The notes under the pieces are model-generated. The model had not been told where the DNA came from. It made no database searches and saw nothing but the letters and a program-made list of their open reading frames with translations. Shown here in pieces: positions 39,480-52,632 of a stretch of 64,000 nt of DNA. The position numbers and the translations under genes are program-made. Every line of letters starts with the position of its first letter. The first letter of the stretch is position 1. This DNA comes from Paecilomyces variotii (Eukaryota), in the NCBI GenBank assembly GCA_004022145.1, contig RCNU01000004.1. One strand, 5' to 3'.

Positions 39480-41400
39480 GCAGTATAAGAAATAACCAGA
39501 CTATTTATAAGCTAAATATACTAAATAATAATACCCTATATCTATATTAGCTATATATATATTAAATATATATAATATATACTATTATACTTAAAGAAAG
39601 AATTTAGCATACCTAAAGATCTATTAATAAAGCATATATTAAGTATATATTTACTTATCCCTTAATTAATTATTAGCATTATTAAACTGCTCTTTAATAT
39701 TATTATTATTAATAATTATAATATTAAATTTATTAGCCATTTTATTATCTATAGCAAGGTTAGTATAAGTATATATTAAAAATATATATACTTATTATTA
39801 GAGCTCTCTTTCTCCTTTTTTTTATTTTTATCCTTATTATTTTTATTCTTATTTTTTTTCTCTATTTAATATTAATATATATTATATATATATAGGAGCT
39901 GGCTTATCTTTTAATTTTAAAATAAGCAATAAGGGAGAATAGAGATATTTAGGCAGGCTTAGACTATATTATTAAAAGATATTAGCGTAGCTCTATATAT
40001 ATATAATATATATTTATCTTATAACAGCGGCCAGAATTAGGGATAATAAAAATATATCTCTATTTATATATTAGCTTTTAATATTATCTCTTATTCTTTT
40101 TTTATATATATATTATATCTGCTAAGGGGTTATTAAAAAGAATTTAGTCCTTATTATTAATAATAATACAATAATTATATAATTCTGGGAAAGGGAAATA
40201 AAGATTAGGTTAGAGATTAGGCTAGCGCTAGCTAAAAATAGGTATAATAAGATATATATATTACTTCTATCTTAACTTTAGGGGTTTATAATTTATTTTA
40301 GGCTTAAAATAAGTATAAGTATAAGATAAATAGATTAGAGATAGATAATAATATATAGTTAATATAAATTATATTTATATCTATTTATATCTTAATAAAA
40401 GTAGGTACTTTATTTATAAGCAAATTTAGAGTTATTTTATCTAGGAATAGTATTAGTATATATAGGGCATATAAAATAAATAATTTATATAATTTCCTTA
40501 TATTTATCTATATATTATAAGATAAGTAAGCCAGCAATATTTTTATACGGTATTAATTAAGTATATATAAAATATATGCTTATCTTACTCTAATTCTTTT
40601 AAATATTTAGCCTCTTATTAGCTATTAATAAAAACTTATTTTTTTAGGGTGCTAGAAAGATAGTTAGTATCTATATATATAATATATATAGGGATAAATT
40701 TATGCCCAGCTATCTCCTCTTTTTAAATTATATTTTTCTATATCAGGTTTTTAACTATATATTATAAGTATATATAGAATATATGCTAAAATAAATATAT
40801 TAGCTCCCAGATACTATTAGCAGATATAATAATATAATATAAATTAGTTATATATAAGTATACTATATATTTTAATATTATTAATTGTAATATTATAGCT
40901 GTATTAGTTTAGTATATATATAGTTTTCCCTTAGATTATTTAGCAACTTATATATAACTATTAATAATTAATAATTTCTTAATAAGATTTAAAGGGTTTA
41001 TATTATTAGCTATATTAATCGCCGGGACTATATAATATTAGTATATATTATATATATATTAAATATTTGATATACTCTGCTTATCTTTATTTATCTCTTT
41101 CTTAATTTTAGCCTATTATTAGTGAGGAGAAACCTAGCTATTATTTATATAAGGGATCAGACCTATTTTATATTAGTATATATTAAGCCTATATATTTAT
41201 TAAATATACTATAATAGAATCTAAATGCAAATAGATTATCTACCTTATTAACTTAGTTATTATTATAGTCTGCCTTAGAAGATATTATCTAACTTTTATT
41301 TAGTATATATAAGATATAAGCCTTATATAATATTATCTTATTCTATTTATAAGTCTATTTTAGTCTATATAAAATTTAGCTATATAGAGAGTTTTGCTAT
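39480..41400 (-). pseudogene. Second RIP-inactivated gene inside the transposon, unknown product (ends approximate)
   Basis: Minus-strand TACTAAC...TAG intron ends (40652-40669, 39749-39765); pyrimidine-rich leader before ATA-GCA (probably ATG) at 41400; decayed acidic-codon tract ~39795-39865. Confidence 0.5.
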
Positions 41401-41563
41401 AAAGGGGAAATAGGTATTAAAAAAAGAAGATAAAGATAAAAAAGTCAGTATTAATATATATTTAGTATAAGGCTTTTTATATTTTAATTCTATTTTAATT
41501 CTATTTACTTAATTATAGTATAAGTATATAGGTCTATGCCCTAATATATATAATCTGTGCGCT

Positions 41564-41669
41564 ATTAAGCGAGAGCTGATTGAGAATAGAAAAAAATACC
41601 AAGACTTTCTTTAGAAAAACTTCTCTACCCTTGCCGAGCTTTTTTCTACCCTCGCCGAGCTGTATGCCC
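41564..41669 (-). repeat. Right terminal inverted repeat
   Basis: Matches the left TIR; internal mismatches are all transitions. Confidence 0.95.
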
Positions 41670-42240
41670 CTCTAGCCGGCAGGGACCGGGCTAGAAGGAT
41701 AGAGTAATAGTCAATAAGTTCGAGGACTCCGCCAGCAGCAGTCGTCAACGCACTATATTCGAATACTGGCGTTCGTCAGCTCTCCGTTGCTACAAAATTG
41801 CCGTTTTCGTCGAGCTGCGACGATATTCGTATCCCTGTTAGATTGCGGCGTGCGCCACAAAGCTTCGTCAGTCAACCATTCGATTCGCCTTATCAATGGC
41901 GCCAACACTAACTCCGAACAGTCCGTCAGTTCTGTTTCCCTCGATCGCTCCACAGCTACTAGTGTAGCCGTATCCCTGCGGCATCTCTGCACCCTTTTTC
42001 TTTGATAACTGCTCGCCGATCATCAGAGAAAAAAACGGCTTTCAACTTTCTCGCTTTTATGTCCAGTCCTGCCCACATCCTCTTGTTCATGTCTGTGAGG
42101 ATTGGGTGACTGCGACAGGGTCTTGGTGTTCTTGGCCTCCGTCCTGCGCAACCGTCGGATAAGCCCGTCACAACCAGAGCCCTGACCTGTCACAGGTCTT
42201 TCAAGTTATTTACAGCGATTGCTGCGACAACCCACCAGCC

Positions 42241-43402
42241 ATGTTGACCTTTCGAAAGGCAGTGATCGTGGCAGTTTGCCTCATCACATTCATTGTCCTC
42301 CTGAGCACCTCCCACTCGACAAGCCAACCGCAATCCGTCGCGTCGACATCCGGAAACGAGGAGACTGTTCAGTCCCCGCCACAACAGGCGCAAAAAAAGA
42401 GTGCTGTGCAGCAACAGACTCTCGAGTCGATAGCTGACAAGCCGCTACGAGAAAAATTACGATATCATTTCCCTTACGATCTCAAGAGCAAATTCCCCGC
42501 ATACATCTGGCAGACATGGAAATATACGCCCTCGTCGGGCTGGTTTGGTGAAACGCTGCGGCCTATGGAGGCGAGCTGGACAGAGATGCATCCTGGATTC
42601 GTCCACGAAGTCGTCGCGGATGATACAGCGGTACATCTGATCAAGTACCTATACGCGGGTGTTCCGGAAGTGACGGAGGCATATGAGTCCCTTCCTGTTG
42701 CCGTCCTAAAGGCAGATTTCTTCAGATATCTGATCCTTCTGGCGCGCGGAGGAATCTACAGCGACATCGATACCATCGCGCTCAAACCAGCATCAGAATG
42801 GCTGCCAGAAAAACTGGACCGATCGACGGTTGGCCTCGTAGTAGGCATTGAAGCCGACCCGGATCGCCCGGATTGGCATGAGTGGTACTCTCGCCGGATA
42901 CAATTCTGTCAATGGACTATCCAGGCAAAGCGGGGACATCCCGTGCTGCGCGATATCGTCGCCACGATCACGGAAGAAACACTTCGGATGAAGAAGGCGG
43001 GTATCCTTACCAAGTCCAAGATGGACAAGACGATCGTGGAATTCACAGGTCCTGCAGTGTGGACGGATGCGGTGTTCAGCTATTTCAACAACCCTGACTA
43101 CTTCAAGAGTGAAACCGGATCACCCAAGAATGTCACAGCCGCTGACTTCACTGGAATCACGACGCATAAGAAAGTCGGCGACGTGGTCGTCCTACCCATA
43201 ACAAGCTTCAGCCCGGGCGTACGACAGATGGGCGCTGGAGAGATTGATGACCCCCTTGCTTTTGTCAAGCATGAGTTTGAAGGTTCGTCATTACCTCGAT
43301 CCCTTCCCTTAGTCTTTAAAAATTAATACTGACACATGCCACAATATAGGCACATGGAAGCCCGAATCTGAACGCCATGCCAGCGGTGGTAGTATTGAAT
43401 AA
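42241..43402 (+). CDS. OCH1: Initiating alpha-1,6-mannosyltransferase (GT32), 2 exons
   Basis: Type II TM anchor; FPAYIWQTWK, KADFFRYLIL.ARGGIYSDID (DxD), RRIQFCQWTIQ, VLPITSFSPG. Confidence 0.9.
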
Positions 43403-44981
43403 CGGACATTTCGTCTTAACAGTACTAGAAGTTCACCGCGGTATCACCAACATCACACTTTCGATGCTTCGATTCCGAGCGCTCCACTGGATGGCTATAA
43501 AAGGCCCCGTGCTTGCCATCTATATTCAAAAGGCACGAAGCAAATCCGCCTTCAGACGTCTTTCATGAAATCTTATATATAATTGCACAGAATCATGTCG
43601 GTCACGCCTCGATATATATTGAATATCTTCTTCGGGTTTTTTCTTTCTCGCATTAGCAAGGCGTTCTGTTCTGATCGGGCCTGTGTCTTGGACACTCAAA
43701 TCGACCTTTTTCTTCCCTAATTTATGTGACCAACTTCTCTGAGTCCTTTCTGTGAAATCTTCTGCATCGATCTGTGTTGTGTTCTACTACTGTTTTTTTT
43801 TTGTCTCCATTTCTTCTCTACGACAGACTACGTTGGAGTTTTGACGGGATCGGGAGGAGGAACCGCTCGAATTGGCTCGAAAGACGAAATGTTACCATTA
43901 TTGTCTCTGTGGGTGGGGTTATTTGTTGTAATGCATCCTGAGCCGATTCCCATCATGTTTCAAACAATTTGCCATTTTCCATTCAAGTCATGATGAAATT
44001 AAGCGACAAACTGTGCCATTATTATTAGATGAGATCGTATCTTGGCAATCAATTCGGGATAAGGAAAGGTCACCATTTCTTGAGAATAGTCCTCGCTTTC
44101 GGGTTCAGATCTCACAAGGGTTTTAAGTATAAGATATGGATGGAGTTGGCGAGTTTTTGTATAGTAAACTCAAAAGACAGTTTCGAAGATACGATACTAG
44201 AGACAAGTGACGACGTATGCATCCCTGATAGCTCATGAAGTTCTCATTCATTCATTCATATCTTTCTTTGTAATGGCATGGACCCTTCTCCTAGAAAGAA
44301 AAGAAAAATCGTATAGACCGGAAACCAGTAAGCCCATTGATCTGACTCCTTGATCCCTAGAAAGGAAAAAAAAATCAAAATGGAAATCAAGACCAAATCC
44401 AAGTATCCAAGAAGAAGAAGCAAAAAGTATAAGGAATAAGGAATAAATAAAAGTAGATAACACGCAAATGTCAGGAGAAATGAGAAAAGAGAAAAAGGGC
44501 AAGGGCAAGGGAGAAGATAAGAAGGTTAAAATGCAAAAATATTTCCTTGTATGTGATGGCTCCCCCTATGACAACGCCAGGATAAGCTCATGACAAGCAA
44601 TCAGACTTGAATGTGTATTCGTGTCTTGGTTCCTTGTCGAAGCCTTGTTGTCATGGAAGTAGTCCTGATCCTCGAGATAGTCCATAGAAAAATGGGACAG
44701 GTCTGAAGGACAAACGTAGTCGGAAAGAAATGTCGCTACTGTGCAGGTATATAGGGCTATAGGTATATATTACATGTGACTGGATGCACGGGAAAGCACG
44801 TGAGATGGCAGGTCGAAATTGCAAGCTGGAACTAGAGGGTCAAGAGCACAATAGGGAAAACCTTCTTAAGCACGACCAGCGACCTGGATATGCGAAGAGA
44901 AGGAATGGAATGAGACCTGGGAACAATAATGGCTTCTAGTCCAAGGTCATATATATCCAGCCATATATAATGTACCCATGG

Positions 44982-46441
44982 TCAAAAGTCTTTGAACAAG
45001 GGCTCGTACTTATCTTTCATCTCGTCGGTATAGGCAGTAAGCGTGCTTGGATCAGGAGGGGCTGGATACTCCTCAAAGTTCCCAGCATCCGCTGGGTGCT
45101 CCACTCGTGGCACTATGGGGCCTTTAACGCGATGATAGTAGAGACTATCCCATTTAATTCCATCGAAGAATGGATGGGACTTCACTCTGCGAGTACCGCC
45201 AGAAATATGCCCTAGTCGTTCGGCCGGGTGAGTCTTGCATAGTTGGGAGACAATGTCTCGAGCTGCTGGCGACATGTTCTGCGGAAAACGGATATGGCCT
45301 TCGACGATCTGTTCGTATATCCGCATCGGATTCTGATCCCAGAATGGTGGCTGTCCAACGATGAATTCATATATGAGGATCCCCAGCGCCCACCAGTCCA
45401 CAGCAAGACCGTGGCCGCTGTTATGGATGACCTCAGGTGCAAGATATTCCGGTGTCCCGCAAAGAGTGTAAGTCTCACGGTTCCCGACCTGTTTGGCAAA
45501 ACCAAAATCGACGAGTTTTATATGTCCTTCCGCGTCGAGAAGGATGTTTTCCGGTTTAAGATCACGATAGGCAACGCCTTGAACATCATGGAGAAACTCG
45601 AGTGTCAGGGTTATTTCTGCGGCATAAAATCTCGCTGTCGATTCACTGAATCGTCGTGCACGTCGAAGAAAACTAAATATTTCGCCCCCTGGGCAATAAT
45701 CAAGCTATATCATAGTCAGCAATAGCTTGCTTGATGAAGCACCGGTCCACTTATTCGCGATACTACTAGTAGTTCTTGACCGGACGTAGTAGCCATGGGA
45801 AGTTACGGCTCTGCAGTGCTTCACCTAGGGGGGAAAACCCATACCAGCATATATAGACATTGGTCGTCAGAGAAAGTAGTTATTAAAGTGGTGATGAAAG
45901 GGTGGCCAGCGACAGCACTCAGTGTTTTGCGTTCGTTGCGGACATGTTCCACCTGCTTCAGTTTGATCACTGTAGAATTCCCTCTTGTCAGTACCACCTC
46001 AAGCCATGAAATGCACAGTGGATTCCTTCATACCATCTGCTTTGCGAAGTACTTTGAGCGCATATACTTGTTTTGGGTCTTGTAAATCTTTTAACCGTGC
46101 GAGCCACACGCGGGCAAAGGTACCTGAGATAAAAGCGAAATATTAGAACGGGATAAGTCGTTTTTATTGCTTGGTGAGCGTGGCATACCTGTGCCAAGGG
46201 TCTTAATGAGTTCAAAGTCATCCAGCCGTAGACTCCGCGCAGATATCCCCAGATGCTTATCCTCCGGACGTTCTGTGACAACGAATGGGTTCAGGGACCG
46301 TTCATGCGCCGGACGAACCGAAGCCACGAACTCCTTTTCCTGCTCGTGCACAGCCGCAGCAGCTTTCACATCCGTCTGGGCGCCGCTTTTCTTATCATTG
46401 ACGGGGTTATGTGTCTGATTTTCGACTGTTTCTGTAGCCAT
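44982..46441 (-). CDS. cAMP-dependent protein kinase catalytic subunit (secondary, PkaB/PRKX-like), 4 exons
   Basis: LGTGTFARV, YRDLKPENILLD, VDFGFAK, TLCGTPEYLAPE, DWWALGILIYE, C-terminal FKDF. Confidence 0.92.
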
Positions 46442-47130
46442 TGGGACGGCAAGCGATCCTGTCCCGGGGAAGAGGGCAAGTAAAAATTGTGGGGGAGATC
46501 GGTCGGAGAAATGAATTGATAGGAGACGCACGACCAATCTATCACGGATGACGGGCCAGTCCTGCGATGGCCATGGAATTGAGCGCCTGAGAGGAATTGA
46601 GAGTGCGTACCGGGCGATGCCGATTGCAGCTTCAGCTGGATCTGGGATCTTTACAGTACTCTACAGCTCCTTTTGCGGTGTCTCGCTACGGAAACCGCCT
46701 GGGGGGCCTGGAGGCCTGGGGCTCTGACGTACCTGGCGGGGCCAGAGCATTCGGGCGCTAAACAGGCACGTTGGAGTGCGCCAGCGGCCTCCAATTATTA
46801 TCGTTCGAGATCTTCCACGGCCACTGCAGTCTTCCTACGTGGAATCGCTACGGGCCTGCGCACGGATCTGAGGGTCATATCTTCCCGTCTGGTATTGAAG
46901 ATCTATATGTAAGTTACGCTCCCCTTGCCACTCACGAGGGCCCGCACTTCGACGTTCAACATCATATCAAGTAATCCGGTCCATCTCGTACGGCCCATCG
47001 CCGTCCCTAGCACAGTCGGGGTCTGGCTGGACGTCCTTCGACAGACCATATAGCATACAAAGCAGATATCCGTTTCCGGATATCGCGCAGGAAACGCCAT
47101 GAAGAAACTTCGCAATACACCAGAGAACCA

Positions 47131-48031
47131 TCAAGGCTTGCTCTTGGAGTTCAGAATCAGTCCAACAATCAGCCTGGCACGGGTCAGTCAGCTCATTCAA
47201 CGCTGTTTTTTCGCCAGGAAAGGGCAGCAGCATACCCATAGAGACCCAGAACTTCACCGAAAATCAGAATAAGAATCATTCCTACGTAGACACGCGACTG
47301 TTGCATGTATGCGCGCACACCCTGTGGCAGTAGCGGTTAGTAATAACCAAGAAAACCACCAAGGGACCACCATACCGCATCTCCAACAATACCAATCGTA
47401 TATCCAGCAGACACACCGGCCAAACCGACGGAGAGTCCCGCAGCGAGATGCATGAATCCACTGTGACAACAATATCAATAAGGTGCACACCTGAGACGAC
47501 TGCAGAACCAGTGGACGTACGTGTACAAACTCGTGTTTGCAGTTGGTCCGATGTCTCCGGCAATCAGGACCGCAATAACCAAACCGTAGACCGCAATAAT
47601 ACCAGACATAACAACAGGGATCAGAGACTGCCATGAGTCAGCTACAATTGGCAAAAAACAAGTTTCGAATAAGAAGTGTCCCATGCCTTCATGATCAAGT
47701 CCGGTCTAAATGTGCCAACTCCCGAGATTCCAATGCCGGACTTCGCTGTGCCATACGCTGCTCCCATCGCTGTTCATTGTGAGTATCGGCCGCTTAATGA
47801 TAGGTCATTTAAACATCGGTGGCAACAAAAGACATACACCCGAAGATCATCTTCGGCATAGTCAGCATGTATATCGCGAAACGTTTCGTTTTCAGGGCCG
47901 ACTCACTGCTGCAGCAATTCCCGCCTACAGTCGCTTGTCAGTAAGACGTAAGAGCTCCAGGAGACCATCAGAAGGACACTCACGAAGGAGAAAAATGGGG
48001 CAAACTTGGGCGAATACTCGCTTTCGGCCAT
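47131..48031 (-). CDS. VMA11: V-ATPase proteolipid subunit c', many small exons
   Basis: [16 protein letters not shown]...[13 protein letters not shown]...[23 protein letters not shown]...[22 protein letters not shown]. Confidence 0.88.
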
Positions 48032-48901
48032 GTTGAACGACTGCAGGAGACCGCGTGTGCGGCCTCACAGTAAACGATGGATGGTGAAGCTCGATGGAAT
48101 GGGAGTAGGAGACGGCGTTTCAAGTCCTCGTGGGTCAGCAGACTCGATGGCGGTTCTAAGATCCTTGATAGAGGACCTAGAGACTCCGTAAGGTGCAAGA
48201 AGAAGCAAATAAACCCGCTATCAATGGCAGCGTGTGTTCTGAGAAACCAAGGTCTGGTGGTCGTGGGAGAGCTCGCGGCGTGGCCGACCAGCCAGAGTTC
48301 CAAGTTGCTCGCCCGGTCCGCCGTACAGGAGCCGCGGTGGCCGCGCGCACTGACCCGAGATCTGCCTATCCGGGTTAAGTCAGACATGTGCCTGTTCGAC
48401 CCAACAACCCCGTGCTTTTCGATCACGAACACCACTGACAACATCCAACACGTCTTCCTCGAGACCCCCGCGTCTAGTCTCGAGGTCTCGATCATTCTTC
48501 ATCGACGATCCCGGAGGGGCTGCAGAGGATGCTTAGGGCATGAGTACTGGAGCCAGTTTCTACGTCCGCGCCAAAGGCTCCTTGCGCATATCGGTTATTG
48601 CATCTGTACGGTCTTTACGACAAGCCTCGACATTTGTTTCGCACTCAGGACGATATCCGGGGATATTTCTTGCTTGAAGGGGCCTCTGTATCAGGATACG
48701 CGCCTCACTACACCTATGGTGCAAAATTCTACTTCGCCTCCCCTCACGATTGATAATCATCTGTCGAGCTTTCGCACGGTCCGGGCCGACGAGATACGTC
48801 GAGATCGCCCGTTTACTTGGAGTGGATAGGTTTTTTTTTTCCAAAAGTGAAAGGGGTTCTTGCTTGCTTGGATAGTTACATTTTCGAGGTAGCTCTGGGT
48901 T

Positions 48902-51900
48902 ATGGCGGACCTGGGGGCCCAGCAGGGCCGGAACTACCGGCCAAATCCTTATGGACATGCTTCATCCTTTCAGCGTGATGCCGCATTCACTGATATCTTC
49001 GGTGGCGCGCCACCACCTGGACGGTCCCAGACGATGACATCCCAGACACCGCAGTTTTCGCAGGATCGAGCACACACCATGTCCTCCCATGTGCCCCATC
49101 CCCAGATGCAGAGGGGTCCCGCACCGCCAGTGCGACAGATGCCAAATGGATATGGATATCCAACGACCAACGGGTATGCCCAGCCAAGGCAGCCCAACGG
49201 TCCGATGGCACCTCAGCCTCCTTCACAGGGTATGCCACCACCTTTCTCGGGACGTTCTGCATGGCCACAGCCCCAACGAATGGATTCAAGACCTGGCCAG
49301 GTATCCCAATATCCGAATCCGATGCAATCGGCGCGAGGGTACGCTCCTGGCCCCGCCCTGAACTCCGATCCTACGCGATCCAGCTCATTAGCAATGGCGA
49401 GAATGGGCGGTCCTCCGTTACACCAGCCGCAAACAAGTGGCTTCAATCACACGTCTGCAGTTTATTCTCGGCACAATATATATAACTCTACAGTGCCAAG
49501 GACCCCACAGGGACGACCTGTTCCGGAGAGGCATGCAAATGAGCATACAATGTCACTGAGTTCTTACAACGCTGATCGTGATCATGCACATACAACCATC
49601 ACGGGAAGGGTAATTCCAAATCGGCGACCACCTTCAGGTCCAGAACCTGCCCCGCCAATTGCCAATGAGAAAGACAGCTACAACAGCCAGGACAGGGAAC
49701 CAGGGGCACGACGTCCCAGTGAGGCTTCGTTGAGCTCGAGAACGATGTCTATGGCGTCTACCATCATTCCGGATCGAACTATGAGCATGCAAAGCACCAG
49801 AATGCAGAAATCCGGCAGCCAACAGACTGCTGTCAACTTTCCACCTCGGCCCCGAGCGCCTTTGGTCTACCCCGCTTTGCTTTCTCGCGTGGCTGATGTG
49901 TTCCGTGAGAGGGTACCTGTAGGGTTGCGCCAGAAGAACGGTCTGTCTTATCAGAATGCGTTCTCTGGTATAGAGGCTGTCGATACGATCTCGTATATCA
50001 TTAAGACTACCGATAGAAACCTCGCCCTTCTTCTAGGGCGTGCGCTCGATGCCCAGAAGTTCTTCCACGATGTTACATATGATCATCGCCTCCGAGACGC
50101 CCCCGGTGAGATCTACCAGTTTAGGGAGACCATGGGAGAAGAGGCACCTAGCTCTGATGTCAACGGTGTATTTACCCTGCTGACCGAGTGCTACTCGCCT
50201 ACTTGCACGCGTGATAATTTGTGCTATTCGATCGCTTGTCCACGACGACTTGAACAGCAGGCCCGGCTCAACCTCAAACCGCAGCCTGGTCTCCGGTCGT
50301 CAGCTTCCAAAGGCAGTCTCCACGACAATGACGATAATGATGACCAGAAACTCTGGATCAATATGGTTCCGAAAGAAGTTTCCGACAGTATCGATGACAG
50401 GGAGAAGAAACGGCAGGAAATTATCTTCGAGATCATGTATACGGAGCGCGACTTCGTCAAGGATCTGGAATATTTGCGGGATTTCTGGATGAGACCCTTA
50501 CGCTCTGCGGGTAACACGACACTTTCGCCCATTCCTGAGCATCGACGAGAGAAATTTATCCGCACAGTCTTTGGGAACTGCTTGGAGGTCCTCAAAGTTA
50601 ACTCAGGGCTATGCGAAGCCCTCAATGCGAGACAGAAGGAAAGCCATGTCGTTAAGACTGTCGGAGACATATTTCTTCAGCATGTTCCTCGCTTTGATCC
50701 GTTCATAAAGTACGGTGCGAATCAGCTGTATGGAAAGTACGAGTTCGAGAAAGAAAAGGCTTCGAACCCAGCCTTTGCGCGCTTCGTTGAGGAGACCGAA
50801 CGACTAAAGGAGTCTCGAAAGCTAGAACTGAATGGATATTTGACCAAACCTACAACCCGTTTGGCGCGATATCCTCTTCTGCTTGAAAACGTACTGAAGT
50901 ACACTGCAGACGATAGCCCGGATAAGCAGGATATTCCGAAAGCAATAGGTATCATCAAGGATTTTCTGTCCAAGGTCAATGCGGAGAGTGGTAAAGCCGA
51001 GAACCATTTCAACCTGGTTCAGCTCAACTCGGCACTGAAATTTGCACCTGGCGACTATGTCGATCTCAAGCTCACAGAAGAAAACCGCCAGTTGCTCACG
51101 AAGATGGCATTCAAGAAGAGTCCGACTGATAGTTCCGAGGTCACTGCATATCTCTTCGATCATGCGGTACTGCTCGTTCGAATAAAGGTTGTCAATAAGC
51201 GTGAGGAGTACAGGGTCTATAAGAAGCCAATTCCGCTGGAGCTCCTCGTCATCACACAGATGGACGAGGTGATCCCAAGACTGGGCATTGCCAAGCGGCC
51301 TTCTTCGAGTCTTATCGGCAACAAAGCTGTGAACAATCCTCCCTCCTCGAGGGACGGCTTGCCGATTACTTTCAGGCATCTTGGGAAAGGCGGCTATGAT
51401 CAGACGCTTTACGCTACGTCACAGACGCAACGACAGAAGTTTATTGAGATGGTGGAACAGCAACAAAGGAAACTGCGCGAACGGAATAGCAACTTCTATT
51501 CAAAGTCTATACTTTGCCAGAACTTCTTCACTGCTGTGAATCGGGTAAACTGTCTTGTACCGATTGACGGTGGCCGCAAACTGGTTTATGGTACCGACAG
51601 CGGTATCTACCTGTCAGATCGATGGCCAAAGGACAAGAATGCAAAGCCAAGGCGGGTCTTGGATGCCAGTGGAGTTACGCAAATAGACACTCTCGAGGAG
51701 TATCAGCTTCTTCTTGTACTTTCGAACAAGACGCTCAGTTCCTACCCTATGGAGGCCTTGGAGGTGACGGAAGGGCAGAACCCCCTCGCCCGACGACCGA
51801 AGAAGATCCAAGGACATGCCAACTTCTTCAAAGCTGGTATTGGTCTCGGTCGCCACCTTGTTTGCTCTGTGAAGACCTCAGCACTATCGACAACAATAAA

Positions 51901-52632
51901 GGTCTTTGAGCCAATGGACAACCTCGCCAAGGGTAAGAAGAAGCCAGCTCTGAGTAAGATGTTCCAAGGTGGACAGGACACATTGAAGCCTTTCAAGGTC
52001 AGTATAAGAAAGCACTGTCGTATAGTATAAATCATATGGCTGACACACAATATAGGAATATTACATCCCAGCGGAATCGTCTTCTGTCCACTTCCTCCGA
52101 TCTACCCTGTGTGTGGGCTGCGCTCGTGGCTTTGAGGTTGTCAGCCTTGAGACTACCGAGAGTCAGTCGCTGCTCGATCAAGCTGACACTTCTCTTGACT
52201 TTGTCGCCCGCAAAGAAAATGTTAAGCCCATCCATATCGAGAGAATGAACGGCGAGTTCCTTCTCAACTATAGTGACTTCTCCTTCTTTGTCAACCGGAA
52301 TGGATGGCGTGCACGTCCAGACTGGAGGATCTCCTGGGAAGGAAATCCTAACGCTTTTGCGCTTTCGTATCCTTATATCCTTGCTTTTGAGCCGAACTTT
52401 ATCGAAATCAGACATATCGAGACCAGTGAGCTTATTCACATAATGACTGGGCGGAACATTCGAATGTTGCATTCATCGACGAGAGAGGTACGTTCCTAGA
52501 TTTGTTCTTTGTTCCAAAACCGATCACAGATGTGCTAATATTCTGATCTTCCAGATTTTGTATGCCTATGAAGATGAAGCGGGCGAAGATGTGGTTGCAA
52601 GTCTGGACTTCTGGAATAAGCCGCAGCACTGA
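48902..52632 (+). CDS. ROM2: Rho1 guanine nucleotide exchange factor (DEP-DH-PH-CNH), 3 exons
   Basis: FFHDVTYDHRLRD, KRQEIIFEIMYTERDFVKDL, LTKPTTRLARYPLLL, CNH domain. Confidence 0.93.

Larger units (their letters stand above)
35945..41669. mobile_element. RIP-degenerated Mutator-like (MULE) DNA transposon, ~5.7 kb
   Basis: ~106-bp TIRs; flanking direct repeat (c)ctctagccg at 35936-35944 and 41670-41678; TpA-rich interior; residual DDE/CxxH transposase. Confidence 0.9.

Noticed and set aside
35945-41669. AT-rich block as centromere, NUMT, LTR retroelement or Starship
   Set aside because: It has inverted (not direct) termini, a 9-10-bp TSD and a DDE transposase trace; I saw no tyrosine recombinase, RT or mitochondrial gene signal.
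44270-44540. Purine/A-rich tract
   Set aside because: Low-complexity region between convergent 3' ends; no repeat structure or TpA-type RIP signature.
48077-48829. 250-aa ORF between VMA11 and ROM2
   Set aside because: No recognisable motif; it spans a GC-rich divergent promoter/leader and is probably a chance ORF.
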